Part shown: piece after piece, positions 20,987 to 31,509 of the stretch
Numbering within the stretch: the stretch's first letter is position 1
How the letters are laid out: every line of letters starts with the position of its first letter
Assembly (NCBI GenBank): GCA_041660605.1
Contig: JBAZWB010000001.1
Coordinates: 73,295 to 137,294 of the forward strand
Length of the DNA stretch: 64,000 nt
Direction of reading: 5' to 3'
DNA from: Patescibacteria group bacterium
GTDB taxonomy: Bacteria; Patescibacteriota; Patescibacteriia; UBA10025; JAHIVO01
The notes under the pieces: model-generated
Databases searched by the model: none
Told to the model about the DNA's origin: nothing
The model's input: the letters and a program-made list of their open reading frames with translations, nothing else
Program-made: the position numbers and the translations under genes

Positions 20987-23900
20987 ATGAAAAATTATAA
21001 AAGAATCCTAACACTGGGAGGTTTTTTTATTGCAGTCATCGGTATATTAACATTATTACCAAAACCAGCCTTAGCTCAAAACGTAACTATGACTGGTGTA
21101 ATATTAAAGCCGGATCTGATAACACCAGTAACGAGCGGACAAATCGCCATCCATAATGCCAGCTGGAGCTATACAAATTGGTCGGCCACGGATACTGATG
21201 GCAGTTTTGATTTTTATGACGTTCCGGCCGGCAGCTATACAGTTGATGTTTATGCTTATGATAGTACTTATGAAGATCCCGAGCCGTTTGATTTTTACTA
21301 TAATGGCTCAGGGATATACGATTTTGGCACTATTTTACTCCAGGAACCTTCAGTACAAATCACCCTGAAGAAATCAGACAATACGACACCAGTTACCAAT
21401 TATCAGGTTTGCCTCCATGACGCAAGCTATGCTTTTTATAATTGCCGGCTGACCAATGACAGCGGGGTCGCCTCTTTTGGCATCAGCACCTACGGGACTT
21501 ACACGGCGGAAATGTGGGATAAATATGAAGGCGAGTCGCCTCCAAATTCTTTTACTTTGACTTACAGCGGCACCCAGGTGGCAGTGGCTAAAGTTTTTAA
21601 GGCAGCCAATGTAACCGGTACTTTAAAAAAACCGGACGGTACGGCCTGTACCAGCACTGAATGCTCCATCAGTTTTTTTGACAGCAGCTGGGCGCACTAT
21701 TATTATGCCAGCCCTGACGTAAACGGTTTATTCAGCTTAAATATTGATTATACTGCCACCTACAAATACCGCGTCGATTACTGGGGGCAGGATGCTTATT
21801 CAGCTCCTGAAGAGACGAGTGTAGCCATCAATGGCGGCGCAAACAATAATTTAGGAGATATTTCCCTGCTGACGCCGAATATCACCGGAAAATTAGTTGA
21901 CTCCGAAGGCAATGGCATCCCTAATGTCTCGGTTACTTTCCACTCCGCAAACTGGATGTATAATCGCAATGATACCACGGGGGCTGACGGCACCTTCGGT
22001 TTTTCTTTGAGTACTAATGGGACATATTATGTAGATTTCTGGGTTGATTCATGGACCTATCCTGATTATGCTGCGCCAGCCACTCAAACTGTCACTTATG
22101 CCGGTGCGGCCGTTGGTTTAGGCAACATCGAAATAGGAATACCCGCCATGAAAATAAAAGTTGTTGATAGTTCAGGCAATCCTCAGATAAGCGCCAATGT
22201 TGATGTGCATGATCCCAGCTGGAGCATGAATGGCAGTTATTGGGGTTCAACAAATGATAGCGGTGTAGGCGTAGTCAATAAAAGCTTAGCTACCGGCACC
22301 TATTTAGTCAGGGTCAGCCCGCCTTGGAGTGCGCAGGGGCTCTTACCTTCTGAAGAAATTCAGGTTGATCTGACTGCCGGGGTAACCAATACTTATTATG
22401 TAACGCATCCGATAGTCCTCAATGCCGCCGTAAAAACTGTCAGCGGTACAGTCAAATATCCTGACGGAACACCGGTGACCGACGCTTCAATCGATACCTG
22501 GGCCATGGGCGGCAATTATGGAGGCTTCGCTCACACGCAGACGGATACTGACGGAAATTATACATTATTAGTCGGCCAAGGACAGTACCAGGTAAATATT
22601 TGGCCGGCCTGGACAGGAACTTCTGCTCCAGACTGGGGGTCGCCTGGGCCGCAATCGGTAGAATTTAACGAAGCTAATGATGTTGCCGAATCGCAGGATT
22701 TGGATTTTACCGTGGCAAAGTTTAATGCCACCATTACCGGAACAATAGTCAAACCGGACGGCACTGAACCGGGCGCCGCAATAAACTTAAGCGTTAATGC
22801 CTGGGAAAAGGGCGGCTATATGGGTAATAATGTCCAGGCAGAGAGCGACGGCAGTTTCTCAATTAAAATTGCGGGCGGGCATACTTATGATGTCAATATT
22901 TGGGCCTGGAATAATGGTATGGGCGGCACGGAATACGGCGGACCATCGATTAATCCGGTTAAAGTCGGCGACCAGGCGACTGTTGATCTTGGGACTGTTT
23001 ACCTGGTAGAAAAAACTGCCACCATCACCGGCAAAGTAACCGATACCAATGGGCAGGCGCTGGCTAACCAAAGCGTAAATGCCTGGTCGATAAATTCCAC
23101 CGGCTGGGGCGATACCATGACTGACGAAGAAGGCAATTATTCCATGGCAATTTTTCCTGGTACTTATATGGTCAATGCCAGCGAGGGAGGCGCTAGTACT
23201 GCTGCGGGCGGTGCAAGCGATGAGGGCGGTGCCAGTTATGTAGCCATTGAACCGCCTCAACAGGTGACGACTCTCGCCAACGCTACTACGCCAAATATAA
23301 ATTTCCAGCTGGGCATTGCTGATGCGACAATCAAAGGGCATCTGGAAGACGCTGACGGTAATTTAATTTCGGGCGTTTGGGGCTGGGTCAATGCATCAAA
23401 TTCTCTTGATCAGTTTACGCAGGGAGATATGTGGTTTGGCGGCACGCTGGGCGGACCGCTGAATGGCGGGCAGTTTGAAATGAATGTACCGGCCGGCAAA
23501 TATACATTGAGCGTATTTATGGATTGGAATGCGGAATATACGCAGGAAGCGGATGTTACGGTAGAAATTGGTTCAGGCGAGACCACAGATGACGTGGTAA
23601 TCACTATGCTTCCGAATACTGCAGTTATTGAAGGCAGATTCGTTGATTCAGAAGGAAACCCTGTTAATAATGTTTGGGGCGAGGTTTATGCCAAGCGGCC
23701 AGAGGGCGGCTCGGCTTTTGCCCAAATTATGCCAGATGGGTCTTACAGTCTGGGAGTATCAGCCGGTACCTGGAATTTAAATTATCGGGTAGATCCTAAT
23801 ATGGGCTCTGCGTATTTACCGACCAGTCTGGAGGAGACAAGCGTTTCGGTGGCTGAGGATGAGACGATAAATCTAGACTTTACCCTGCTGGAAGTTGATT

Positions 23901-26524
23901 CAGTCATTTCCGGCGCAGTGCAGGATGAAGACGGTCAGGCAATAGAGGGCGCGCATGTTTTCGCTTCACTGGATTATGCCGGCTACGAAAGAGATGCTAC
24001 CTACGATTATTACGGCTTTAACTCGATGGAAGCGATTTCAGCGGCTGATGGGACTTACACCATTAATGTGCCAGAAGGAGAATATTATCTGAGCGCCTCT
24101 CTACCACCATCTCTCGGCTATATTTTTACCGGCGCGCAGCTGGTTTACACTTCGCCTGATGATCCGGCTGAGAATTCGGCCATAGTTTTCAATACCGCAG
24201 ATTCCCAGATCACCGGTGAAGTAACGCTGGATGGCGAGGGCAGCGAGGCTTTTGTTTATGCCTATACCGATACCGGAGGATATTCCGAAACTACTACCAG
24301 CGACGGTTCATACACCCTGCCTGTAACCAGCGGTGCGACCTGGTCAGTCGGGGCGGTGCATGAGTCCGGGGTCTCCTATTATTTGTCAGATCAGGCAGAA
24401 GTAGCAGTGGCTGACGAAAACGGCGCCGAACAAGACTTAGTTCTGGTTTATCAGGGGGAAATGCCGGATCCGCTTAGCGTAAACTTTGACGCTACGGTTG
24501 CCAAAACTATCACCTTATCAGACGGCTTTAAGCTGGAAATACCAGCCAGAGCTTTGGCTACAGAGGGAAATGTAACGGTTACAGTTGAGCCGACCGCCGA
24601 AGTGCCATATCAGGCAGGAGCCCAACCATTGGCCGGATACGGGTATAACCTTGAAGCCAGAGACAGCCAGGGTTCATTAATTTCTACATTTAATTCTGAG
24701 GTTACGCTGACACTGCCATACGATGAGGAAGTGGTAGGCGAGATAGGTTTGCTGGAAACTGATTTGAGCGGTGAATATTACAATACTACTTCAGGTGTGT
24801 GGCAGGAATCGAATTCGTATATGATTGATAAAGAAAATAATACTATCACTCTGACTACTGACCACTTCAGCGCATATAGCACAACTGCCCCTGGAAAATC
24901 ACGAATTGCGGCAGATGATAATGGTGATGGTTTGACCGTAAATATCAGTTCTCCTGCCGACAATGCAGTAGTGGGGGTTGATTCTGTTCTGGTCAGCGGT
25001 ACGGTTTCAGATGCCAGCGCGGCTGTAACCATCAGGCTTAATGGCGTCAGTGCCGGTGATGTTGAGGTTGATGCCGCAGGCGCCTTTTCCATGAGCATCT
25101 CCGGCCTGCAGGATGGCGCCAATACCGTCATTGTTAATGCTGTCCTTGGTTTGAGCAGCGCTTCCGTCAGGAGAACGGTTGTTTACACGGGTTTCGGCGA
25201 TGCAACTATAGATTCAGTAACTAATATTCCTTATGACATCATGGTCATGACTGACCAGAATTCCTCGCCGCAAATCAGGGTGTTCAATCCGGACGGGACG
25301 CTGGTTTCCCAGTTTTTTGCTTATTCCCAGAGCTATCGGGGAGAATTCAGGGCAATTACCGCGGACATTGACGGTGATGGCGAAATGGAAATAATCGTCT
25401 ATCCTTACGGCGACGGGTATGGTCCGCAGGTCAGGATTTTTGAGAAGGACGGAACGTTTGTCGCCCAGAAAATGATTTTTGATGAGGGTTTCCGCCGGGG
25501 CATTGAAGTGGTAGATAATGTTGACCTTGACCAGGACGGTCAGCAGGATTTTGTAGTGGTGCCGCGGGGCGAGAGTGGACCGAATTTAAGGGCTTATAAG
25601 TACAATATCCATACCAAAGATATTGAGCTATTGGCATGGACAATGGTTTACGATGAATCATACAGAGGGGAGATAAACCTGGCCACCGCGGATGTGACCG
25701 GCGATGGCATTACTGATATTATCGTTTCTCCGGATAAAGGCGGGCCGAACGTCCGAGTGTACCATTATAATTCAAACACTCAGACGCTTGAGCTTGACGG
25801 ATGGTTTATGGCGTATCAGGAAACTTTCCGTGGCGGCGTAATGGTGGAAATCGGCGACGTTAACGGTGATGGCTTAAAAGATATAATCACCTATCCTCAG
25901 GAAAATGGCGGAGCGAATATCCGCGCTTATACTTATAATTCAGCAATTTCAGGCTTTGAATTAATTGACTGGATCATGCCGTACGAAAATTCATATCGAG
26001 GCTCATTATCAGTGAAAGTGTATGATCTGGACAAAGACGGTCAGGCGGAAATAATAACCGCGCCAGCCACCAATGGCGGACCGAACCTGCGCGTGTACAG
26101 TTATAATAGCGCTACCGCTAAGTTTGAGCTGAAGGATTGGGAGATGGTTTATGACAGCAAGTTCCGCGGCGGCATTGGATTAACGATTTCCAATCTCGAC
26201 AGCGATGCCTTCCGTGAAGTAGTAGTTTATCCGCTGGAGAACGGCGGTCCGAATGTCCGCGTGTATGAATATGACGCTCAGGGGCAGTTAAATCTGCTGG
26301 ACTGGACATTCGCCTATGCGGAGAATTACCGCGGCAAGATTTCAGTCAGCGTGGCTGATCTTGACGGCAATGGCGCGTCATCGCTGATTGTTTCGCCTTT
26401 AAGCGGCGGCGGTCCGAACCTGCGCATTTATGACGTGACTGACGGCCAGCTGACTCTGACAAACTGGTTTATGGCCTACGGCCAGTCATTCCGCGGCGGT
26501 GTGCTGACAAAATTCATTAATTAG
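20987..26524 (+). CDS. Large secreted surface protein: tandem carboxypeptidase-regulatory-like beta-sandwiches, Ig-like domain, C-terminal FG-GAP-type propeller
   Basis: Signal peptide ending ALA/QN; about 12 repeats of TISGxV.D.G.P...DG.Y.L.V..G.Y; about 7 repeats of GGPNLRVY...FRGG...GDVDGDG. Confidence 0.85.
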   Translation: MKNYKRILTLGGFFIAVIGILTLLPKPALAQNVTMTGVILKPDLITPVTSGQIAIHNASWSYTNWSATDTDGSFDFYDVPAGSYTVDVYAYDSTYEDPEPFDFYYNGSGIYDFGTILLQEPSVQITLKKSDNTTPVTNYQVCLHDASYAFYNCRLTNDSGVASFGISTYGTYTAEMWDKYEGESPPNSFTLTYSGTQVAVAKVFKAANVTGTLKKPDGTACTSTECSISFFDSSWAHYYYASPDVNGLFSLNIDYTATYKYRVDYWGQDAYSAPEETSVAINGGANNNLGDISLLTPNITGKLVDSEGNGIPNVSVTFHSANWMYNRNDTTGADGTFGFSLSTNGTYYVDFWVDSWTYPDYAAPATQTVTYAGAAVGLGNIEIGIPAMKIKVVDSSGNPQISANVDVHDPSWSMNGSYWGSTNDSGVGVVNKSLATGTYLVRVSPPWSAQGLLPSEEIQVDLTAGVTNTYYVTHPIVLNAAVKTVSGTVKYPDGTPVTDASIDTWAMGGNYGGFAHTQTDTDGNYTLLVGQGQYQVNIWPAWTGTSAPDWGSPGPQSVEFNEANDVAESQDLDFTVAKFNATITGTIVKPDGTEPGAAINLSVNAWEKGGYMGNNVQAESDGSFSIKIAGGHTYDVNIWAWNNGMGGTEYGGPSINPVKVGDQATVDLGTVYLVEKTATITGKVTDTNGQALANQSVNAWSINSTGWGDTMTDEEGNYSMAIFPGTYMVNASEGGASTAAGGASDEGGASYVAIEPPQQVTTLANATTPNINFQLGIADATIKGHLEDADGNLISGVWGWVNASNSLDQFTQGDMWFGGTLGGPLNGGQFEMNVPAGKYTLSVFMDWNAEYTQEADVTVEIGSGETTDDVVITMLPNTAVIEGRFVDSEGNPVNNVWGEVYAKRPEGGSAFAQIMPDGSYSLGVSAGTWNLNYRVDPNMGSAYLPTSLEETSVSVAEDETINLDFTLLEVDSVISGAVQDEDGQAIEGAHVFASLDYAGYERDATYDYYGFNSMEAISAADGTYTINVPEGEYYLSASLPPSLGYIFTGAQLVYTSPDDPAENSAIVFNTADSQITGEVTLDGEGSEAFVYAYTDTGGYSETTTSDGSYTLPVTSGATWSVGAVHESGVSYYLSDQAEVAVADENGAEQDLVLVYQGEMPDPLSVNFDATVAKTITLSDGFKLEIPARALATEGNVTVTVEPTAEVPYQAGAQPLAGYGYNLEARDSQGSLISTFNSEVTLTLPYDEEVVGEIGLLETDLSGEYYNTTSGVWQESNSYMIDKENNTITLTTDHFSAYSTTAPGKSRIAADDNGDGLTVNISSPADNAVVGVDSVLVSGTVSDASAAVTIRLNGVSAGDVEVDAAGAFSMSISGLQDGANTVIVNAVLGLSSASVRRTVVYTGFGDATIDSVTNIPYDIMVMTDQNSSPQIRVFNPDGTLVSQFFAYSQSYRGEFRAITADIDGDGEMEIIVYPYGDGYGPQVRIFEKDGTFVAQKMIFDEGFRRGIEVVDNVDLDQDGQQDFVVVPRGESGPNLRAYKYNIHTKDIELLAWTMVYDESYRGEINLATADVTGDGITDIIVSPDKGGPNVRVYHYNSNTQTLELDGWFMAYQETFRGGVMVEIGDVNGDGLKDIITYPQENGGANIRAYTYNSAISGFELIDWIMPYENSYRGSLSVKVYDLDKDGQAEIITAPATNGGPNLRVYSYNSATAKFELKDWEMVYDSKFRGGIGLTISNLDSDAFREVVVYPLENGGPNVRVYEYDAQGQLNLLDWTFAYAENYRGKISVSVADLDGNGASSLIVSPLSGGGPNLRIYDVTDGQLTLTNWFMAYGQSFRGGVLTKFIN

Positions 26525-26551
26525 GTAAAACAAATAAATCAAAATTACTTT

Positions 26552-26580
26552 AGCCCCCTCCCAATTAGGGAGGGGGTTTT
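26552..26580 (+). terminator. Rho-independent terminator
   Basis: gccccctccc-aatta-gggagggggt followed by T-run. Confidence 0.75.
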
Positions 26581-26591
26581 GTTTATTGAAG

Positions 26592-26644
26592 TTGATTTTT
26601 GCCTGTATTGTGCTAAGATTGTTTAATAAAAATGATCTTTGATA
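26592..26644 (+). promoter_or_regulatory. sigma70 promoter plus boxA-like element
   Basis: TTGATT-16bp-(TGc)TAAGAT; TGATCTTTGATA at 26633. Confidence 0.6.
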
Positions 26645-26665
26645 TTTTCAGGAAAGGATGTGAAA

Positions 26666-27799
26666 GTGAACAATATTAAGATCGCTGTGGATGTCTATGG
26701 TGATCGCGAGATTGGAGTTGAACCTGCCATTAATGGTTCTTTATGTGCGCTGGAAACAATGCCTGATATTGAGCTGGTTTTAGTGGGCCGAGAAGCCGAC
26801 ATATTGAAAATTCTAGAAAGCAGAGCCTTAGCTCGCAGATACGGGAGGTTAAAAAGCAGAGTTAAGGTTGTGCATGCCGGGCAAATTGTCCCCATGGAAA
26901 GTAAGGCGGATAAGTCATTCGTTGATTTTCCGGATTCATCTATTGCCGTAGGCATGGAATTATTGAGGAACGGTGAGGCGTCGGCTTTTGTCAGCCCCGG
27001 CAATACTGGAGCAGTATCATATACTGCTTTTCGAAATCTGGGGCGAATCGCTAACCTCAAAGGACTAAGGCCTGGCATTTGCGTGGCCTTACCGGAGCTC
27101 AACGGCCGTAGCAGCATTTTGCTAGATATCGGCGCTACTGTTGATGCCGATTATCGCGCATTGTATTGGTTTGCAGTGATGGGGCGGGCTTATTACCAAG
27201 CTCTTTTCGGAAATTTCGAGCCGCGTGTAGCGCTGATTAATATCGGAGCTGAAGCGGAGAAGGGCAATGCCGCAACCATTGAAGCTTATCAGCGATTAAA
27301 GGGAAGCAGCTTGAAATTTACGGGCAATATTGAGGGCAGAGAAGTGCTCATCAATAAAGCGGAAGTGCTGGTGTGCGACGGTTTTGTCGGAAATATCATA
27401 GCCAAGTTAGGTGGGGGCTTCTGGAATGTTTTCGTAAAGATTTTCCGCGGATCGATTGGCAAGTGGATCGCTGGAACCCTTATGATCCCATTATTTCTGT
27501 ACTCTTCTGTCCGCCTGGCTATACTGAATCCCTGGGAGGGATTGCCGGTCTTAGCATTGATCCTGACTATTGGTTTTTTAGTTGTTTACAAGGGTTTCCG
27601 TTTTGCCAAGAGGTTTTTTCACTCCTCAAAGTATGGCGGCGCTCAGCTGCTGGGCGTAGATGGTACTATAATCATTTGCCATGGCAGCGCTTCAAAAACA
27701 GCTATCCTAAACGCGATCAAAAAAGCAAAACAGTCAGTTCAGCTGGATGTGATAGGTGCAATCAGCCGAGAGCTAAGTGAGCACCATGCTCAGTTCTAA
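26666..27799 (+). CDS. plsX: Phosphate acyltransferase PlsX with hydrophobic insertion
   Basis: IAVDVYGD, SPGNTGA, RPG, LDIGA, NIGAEAEKG, GNIEGR, CDGFVGN, YGGAQLLGV, HGSA; start moved to GTG 26666 behind AAGGA SD. Confidence 0.92.
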   Translation: MNNIKIAVDVYGDREIGVEPAINGSLCALETMPDIELVLVGREADILKILESRALARRYGRLKSRVKVVHAGQIVPMESKADKSFVDFPDSSIAVGMELLRNGEASAFVSPGNTGAVSYTAFRNLGRIANLKGLRPGICVALPELNGRSSILLDIGATVDADYRALYWFAVMGRAYYQALFGNFEPRVALINIGAEAEKGNAATIEAYQRLKGSSLKFTGNIEGREVLINKAEVLVCDGFVGNIIAKLGGGFWNVFVKIFRGSIGKWIAGTLMIPLFLYSSVRLAILNPWEGLPVLALILTIGFLVVYKGFRFAKRFFHSSKYGGAQLLGVDGTIIICHGSASKTAILNAIKKAKQSVQLDVIGAISRELSEHHAQF

Positions 27800-27803
27800 G
27801 TAT

Positions 27804-27838
27804 GCCCGCGCTATCAGAAATGGTAGCCGGGCCTTTTT
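27804..27838. terminator. Terminator between convergent plsX and murI
   Basis: gcccg-cgctatc...ggtagccgggc followed by T-run. Confidence 0.65.
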
Positions 27839-27841
27839 ATT

Positions 27842-28630
27842 TTATATGCTATGCAGCTCCGGCTTTATTTTTTGCCCCAGCCATTTATTGGCTAGCTCGG
27901 ACAGGTGAGGCGCCACATCGCTGAAATAAAACTGGTGTTCCATGCCTTTCTTCAGCGTTTTTTCCAGCTCCGGCTTAGTTTTCAGATAATGGGAAATTTC
28001 TTTGACCACCTCTTCAGCCGGATCAACCAGGCGGGTTCGTTTGCCGATTTTTTCCTGAATAATTTTCTTCAATAACGGGTAATGTGTACAGCCAAGTATC
28101 AGCGTATCAATCTGCTGCATTTTTAGGGAGTAAAGATATTTTTTTGCCACTAACTTGGTTACTGGCTTATCAATCCAGCCTTCTTCTGCCAGAGGCACAA
28201 ACAGCGGGCAGGCCTGGCTCAAGATCTTAAAGCCGTTTTTATATTCCTTGATTTTATTTTCATAAATACTGCTGGCCACCGTGGCGCGTGTCCCGATCAC
28301 GCCAATACGCTTATTTTTCGTAATAGCCACCGCTTGTTTCACGGCGGGGGTGATCACCTCAAAAATTGGAGCATACGGGTAATCCTCTTTTAATTTATCC
28401 GCGGCTACGGCTGAAGCGGTGTTACAGGCCACCACGATTATTTTCGCGCCTTTATGCAGCAGGAAATCGATGTCTTCATGGGCGTATCTGGCGATTGTTT
28501 CGGGGCTTTTATTGCCGTATGGCGTCCGGGCGGTGTCGCCAAAATAAACCAGCTGATAGCCGGGGAGTTGTCTCAAAATTTCTTTGGCGACGGTCAGGCC
28601 GCCGATGCCTGAATCAAAAATGCCGATCAT
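27842..28630 (-). CDS. murI: Glutamate racemase
   Basis: FDSGIGG, PYG, ACNTAS, LGCTHYP. Confidence 0.97.
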   Translation of the reverse strand: MIGIFDSGIGGLTVAKEILRQLPGYQLVYFGDTARTPYGNKSPETIARYAHEDIDFLLHKGAKIIVVACNTASAVAADKLKEDYPYAPIFEVITPAVKQAVAITKNKRIGVIGTRATVASSIYENKIKEYKNGFKILSQACPLFVPLAEEGWIDKPVTKLVAKKYLYSLKMQQIDTLILGCTHYPLLKKIIQEKIGKRTRLVDPAEEVVKEISHYLKTKPELEKTLKKGMEHQFYFSDVAPHLSELANKWLGQKIKPELHSI

Positions 28631-29292
28631 AGGTTTTTAATTTTATCGATGGTGATTTGGCTAAGTTTATTGACGATCAGACTAGCAGTTTTCGTATATT
28701 TTTTTTCGGTATGCGGCTGCTTAAGCGCGATGCATTTCATGCCGGCGCGAGAGGCGGCCCGAATGCCGCTGATTGAATCTTCAACCACGGCAATGTCGCG
28801 TGGCTGGGTTTTCAGGAGCTTGGCGCCTTTCAGGAAAATTTCCGGATGAGGTTTACCTTTTCTGACATTATCGCCGGAAACCACTCCGGCGAAATACTTG
28901 TGCAGCCTGAAGCGGTTAAGTGTGTAGTTTATCACCCGGCGCGGGCTGGAGGAGGCGAGCAGCAGCGGGTATTTACCCTTATTCAGCGTTTTGATTAATT
29001 TCAGGGCGCCTGGATTTAGTTTTAAATGACGATCAAAAAGCTTTAACACCATTTTTATTAAGCCATCAGTGATTTGTTTATGTGAATTCTTAACGTGAAG
29101 TTTTTTCTGGAAAATTCCGGCAATATCATTTAATTTTCGGCCGCTAAGATACTGGCTGGCGAACCTGCCAAAGGCTTTCCCCTGCGGCAGCTTTATCCCG
29201 ATGGAGCGGAAATATTTTTCCGCCGCCTTTCTCCATAGACCTTCCGAGTCTATGAGCACGCCGTCCAGATCAAAAATTATCGCTTTTATCAT
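28627..29292 (-). CDS. HAD-superfamily phosphatase (beta-PGM/CbbY-like)
   Basis: FDLDGV, ASSS, KPHPEIF, EDS..G. Confidence 0.9.
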   Translation of the reverse strand: MIKAIIFDLDGVLIDSEGLWRKAAEKYFRSIGIKLPQGKAFGRFASQYLSGRKLNDIAGIFQKKLHVKNSHKQITDGLIKMVLKLFDRHLKLNPGALKLIKTLNKGKYPLLLASSSPRRVINYTLNRFRLHKYFAGVVSGDNVRKGKPHPEIFLKGAKLLKTQPRDIAVVEDSISGIRAASRAGMKCIALKQPHTEKKYTKTASLIVNKLSQITIDKIKNL

Positions 29293-29295
29293 GAT

Positions 29296-31509
29296 TTACA
29301 GCCCTTTGTATAAATATTCCTCGTAATTTTTTTTCTGCCGGTCATATATCCCATTATAGAGTTCCAGGGGGATTAATTTATCATACAATGGAGTTTTCTG
29401 GCCGGAATAATTGACCATGACATCCAGGTACTTTTTAATGCACAGGCGGTCGTTCCCATTACTATAGCCCCGTAGTTTGGCGTCGGTACCGGAGCGGCGG
29501 ATTTGCACAAACATGTTATTAAATGAGAAATAAGTGGCGTCTAGAGTTAATAAAATATCCTGCAGTCCGGAAAAATCAAGCTCCGGCATGGATTCCGTGA
29601 GAATATTCTTCGCCTGCTCCAGGGTAATTAGTTTGTCTTTCAGCGCCAACGCCAGTCCCAGGCAGTATTGGTCAATGGCGTCTCTTTTTAGTTCGCCCTC
29701 TTTCTTTTCCTGCAGCAGCTTGTCGGGGTTGGGCTCGCTTTCATTATAATAAGTGATGTCAGCGCGGTCATAGTACCGGAATTTTATATTGCTTTCCTCA
29801 AAAATTTCCTGCAGGTATTCAGCCATTGATTTTTTATTGAGATATAAATGCGCGGCTAAAGCAGTGGCAATGATCGAGCCTTCACCGGCGCTTTTTTCGC
29901 GCATCGCCAGCGCTTTACGGCCCTGTTGGCTGGTGATGGGGTTTTCCGGGCCGATAATCATACCGCCGCTTTCTTCTCCGGCAAAGGCAATGCGCGGGTC
30001 AACGCCGAGATTAACGCCGTTATGCCAGACATCATCCATCAGCACTTCCTTTTGCGGATCAGCGAACAGTTTTTTCTCCACCTTTTTCATGATAGTGGCG
30101 ATTTCCTTGAAGCCGACCGGTGTGGTCAGTATTTTAACTCCGTTGGCCGCCGCCCATTCGTCCCAGGCGCGCGAAGAAGGGGTAGTGGTAATCATAAATC
30201 TCGGATGGTCGTTCCAATGCCCGGCTTTTTTCAGCTGCTTCATGTTGAAATCCATGATCATCAGGAAGGTAAAGGTTGGGTGGTAGATAGAGACGATTTT
30301 TTCCTCGTCGATTTTAATATAATTAATGCCCAGATCCTGCATTATTTTAGCGTTGGTTGCCGGCTCAACCTGGCCGATCACCAGGCGGTCGCCGTCAGGG
30401 TCGGTAATCAGCACCACGTAGCCGATGGGCTTGTCTTTCAGATAGTGCTCATAGTACATTGTTTCGATCACTTCCATCAGGCAGGCGTCGCAGGAGAGGT
30501 CAAAAAATTCTTCCTTATTCGTTTTAGGATTAATTTTCCAGGTCTTGCCGATGCCGTGGAAATACGGGTCTTCTTCGGGGTTATTCCATTCAAATGGCTC
30601 CAAAATATCAAACTTTTTCAGTAATGGCAGCATCGTATAGTTCATGCACCCACCGACTGTTTCAAACATCAATCTCATGCCCTGGCCAGCCGCTTTTTTT
30701 ATCAGACTGATATTTTCATCGGTGGCCACGCCATCTTGCAGATATTTTTTATATAAATCATAGCCGTCAAAGTCCTGTACGATATTTTTATCGTCTTTCG
30801 GTGCCAAGGTGACGCTATAGCCTTCCGGCGATTCCTTGGCTTTTTTGATGATTTCCTCAATTTTGGCGATAAAAGCCAGGGACATTTCCGGCAGGAATTG
30901 GCTGCCCTGATCATCCAGATCTTTGGTGGCGATTTTGCTGCTCATGGCGTGGCTGGAGGTGACATATTCTCCGCCATCATAGTCCAGCATAAAAATTACG
31001 AAAGAGACCAGCCATACCGCAGTGGTGCCGTTGTTCGGCACTTGGTGGGTGACAACGCCCTGGGCTGCATGGATGCGGGAAATCAGCTCAATGTATTTTT
31101 TTGTATTATAGCGGACTTCGCCGGAGACAACTTTGTTTATGGTGCGGTTTTTTATTTGTTCTTTCAATACCAGGCTTTTTCCTAATGTTGCCAGCACCAC
31201 GCCGATCTGGTTCAGCGGAAAGCGCGGATCCCATGGATATAAAATATTTTGCGGCCCACGTATGCCGCCGGTAGAATGTTCCGCCTCTTTTTTATAATTT
31301 GCCAGCCAGCCCTCGAGATTCCATTTTTCTACCAGCTCTTTAGTCAAAGTCAAAGTTATCGGTCCGGCATTTTCCAGGTCAAAAACCGGCGTATTTTTAT
31401 AATCAGATGGCGTCGCGTTTTCAATCCCCTGATAATATCGAGCATGCAAATCTTCAAGGTATTTATCGCGCTCCCCAGGATTTTTAAACGTTTTTTTTAG
31501 TTTTGTCAT
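29296..31509 (-). CDS. Alpha-D-phosphohexomutase family protein (PGM/PMM-like, long form)
   Basis: STGGIRG, TSSH phosphoserine loop, DPDGDR, GEESGG, RRSGT. Confidence 0.85.
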   Translation of the reverse strand: MTKLKKTFKNPGERDKYLEDLHARYYQGIENATPSDYKNTPVFDLENAGPITLTLTKELVEKWNLEGWLANYKKEAEHSTGGIRGPQNILYPWDPRFPLNQIGVVLATLGKSLVLKEQIKNRTINKVVSGEVRYNTKKYIELISRIHAAQGVVTHQVPNNGTTAVWLVSFVIFMLDYDGGEYVTSSHAMSSKIATKDLDDQGSQFLPEMSLAFIAKIEEIIKKAKESPEGYSVTLAPKDDKNIVQDFDGYDLYKKYLQDGVATDENISLIKKAAGQGMRLMFETVGGCMNYTMLPLLKKFDILEPFEWNNPEEDPYFHGIGKTWKINPKTNKEEFFDLSCDACLMEVIETMYYEHYLKDKPIGYVVLITDPDGDRLVIGQVEPATNAKIMQDLGINYIKIDEEKIVSIYHPTFTFLMIMDFNMKQLKKAGHWNDHPRFMITTTPSSRAWDEWAAANGVKILTTPVGFKEIATIMKKVEKKLFADPQKEVLMDDVWHNGVNLGVDPRIAFAGEESGGMIIGPENPITSQQGRKALAMREKSAGEGSIIATALAAHLYLNKKSMAEYLQEIFEESNIKFRYYDRADITYYNESEPNPDKLLQEKKEGELKRDAIDQYCLGLALALKDKLITLEQAKNILTESMPELDFSGLQDILLTLDATYFSFNNMFVQIRRSGTDAKLRGYSNGNDRLCIKKYLDVMVNYSGQKTPLYDKLIPLELYNGIYDRQKKNYEEYLYKGL

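Noticed and set aside
25260-26520. Repeats as a possible CRISPR array or DGR template/variable pair
   Set aside because: They are in-frame protein repeats, degenerate at the DNA level; no cas or reverse transcriptase gene is present in the window.
29789-30624. 165- and 232-aa plus-strand ORFs
   Set aside because: Antisense shadows of the phosphohexomutase with no recognisable motifs.
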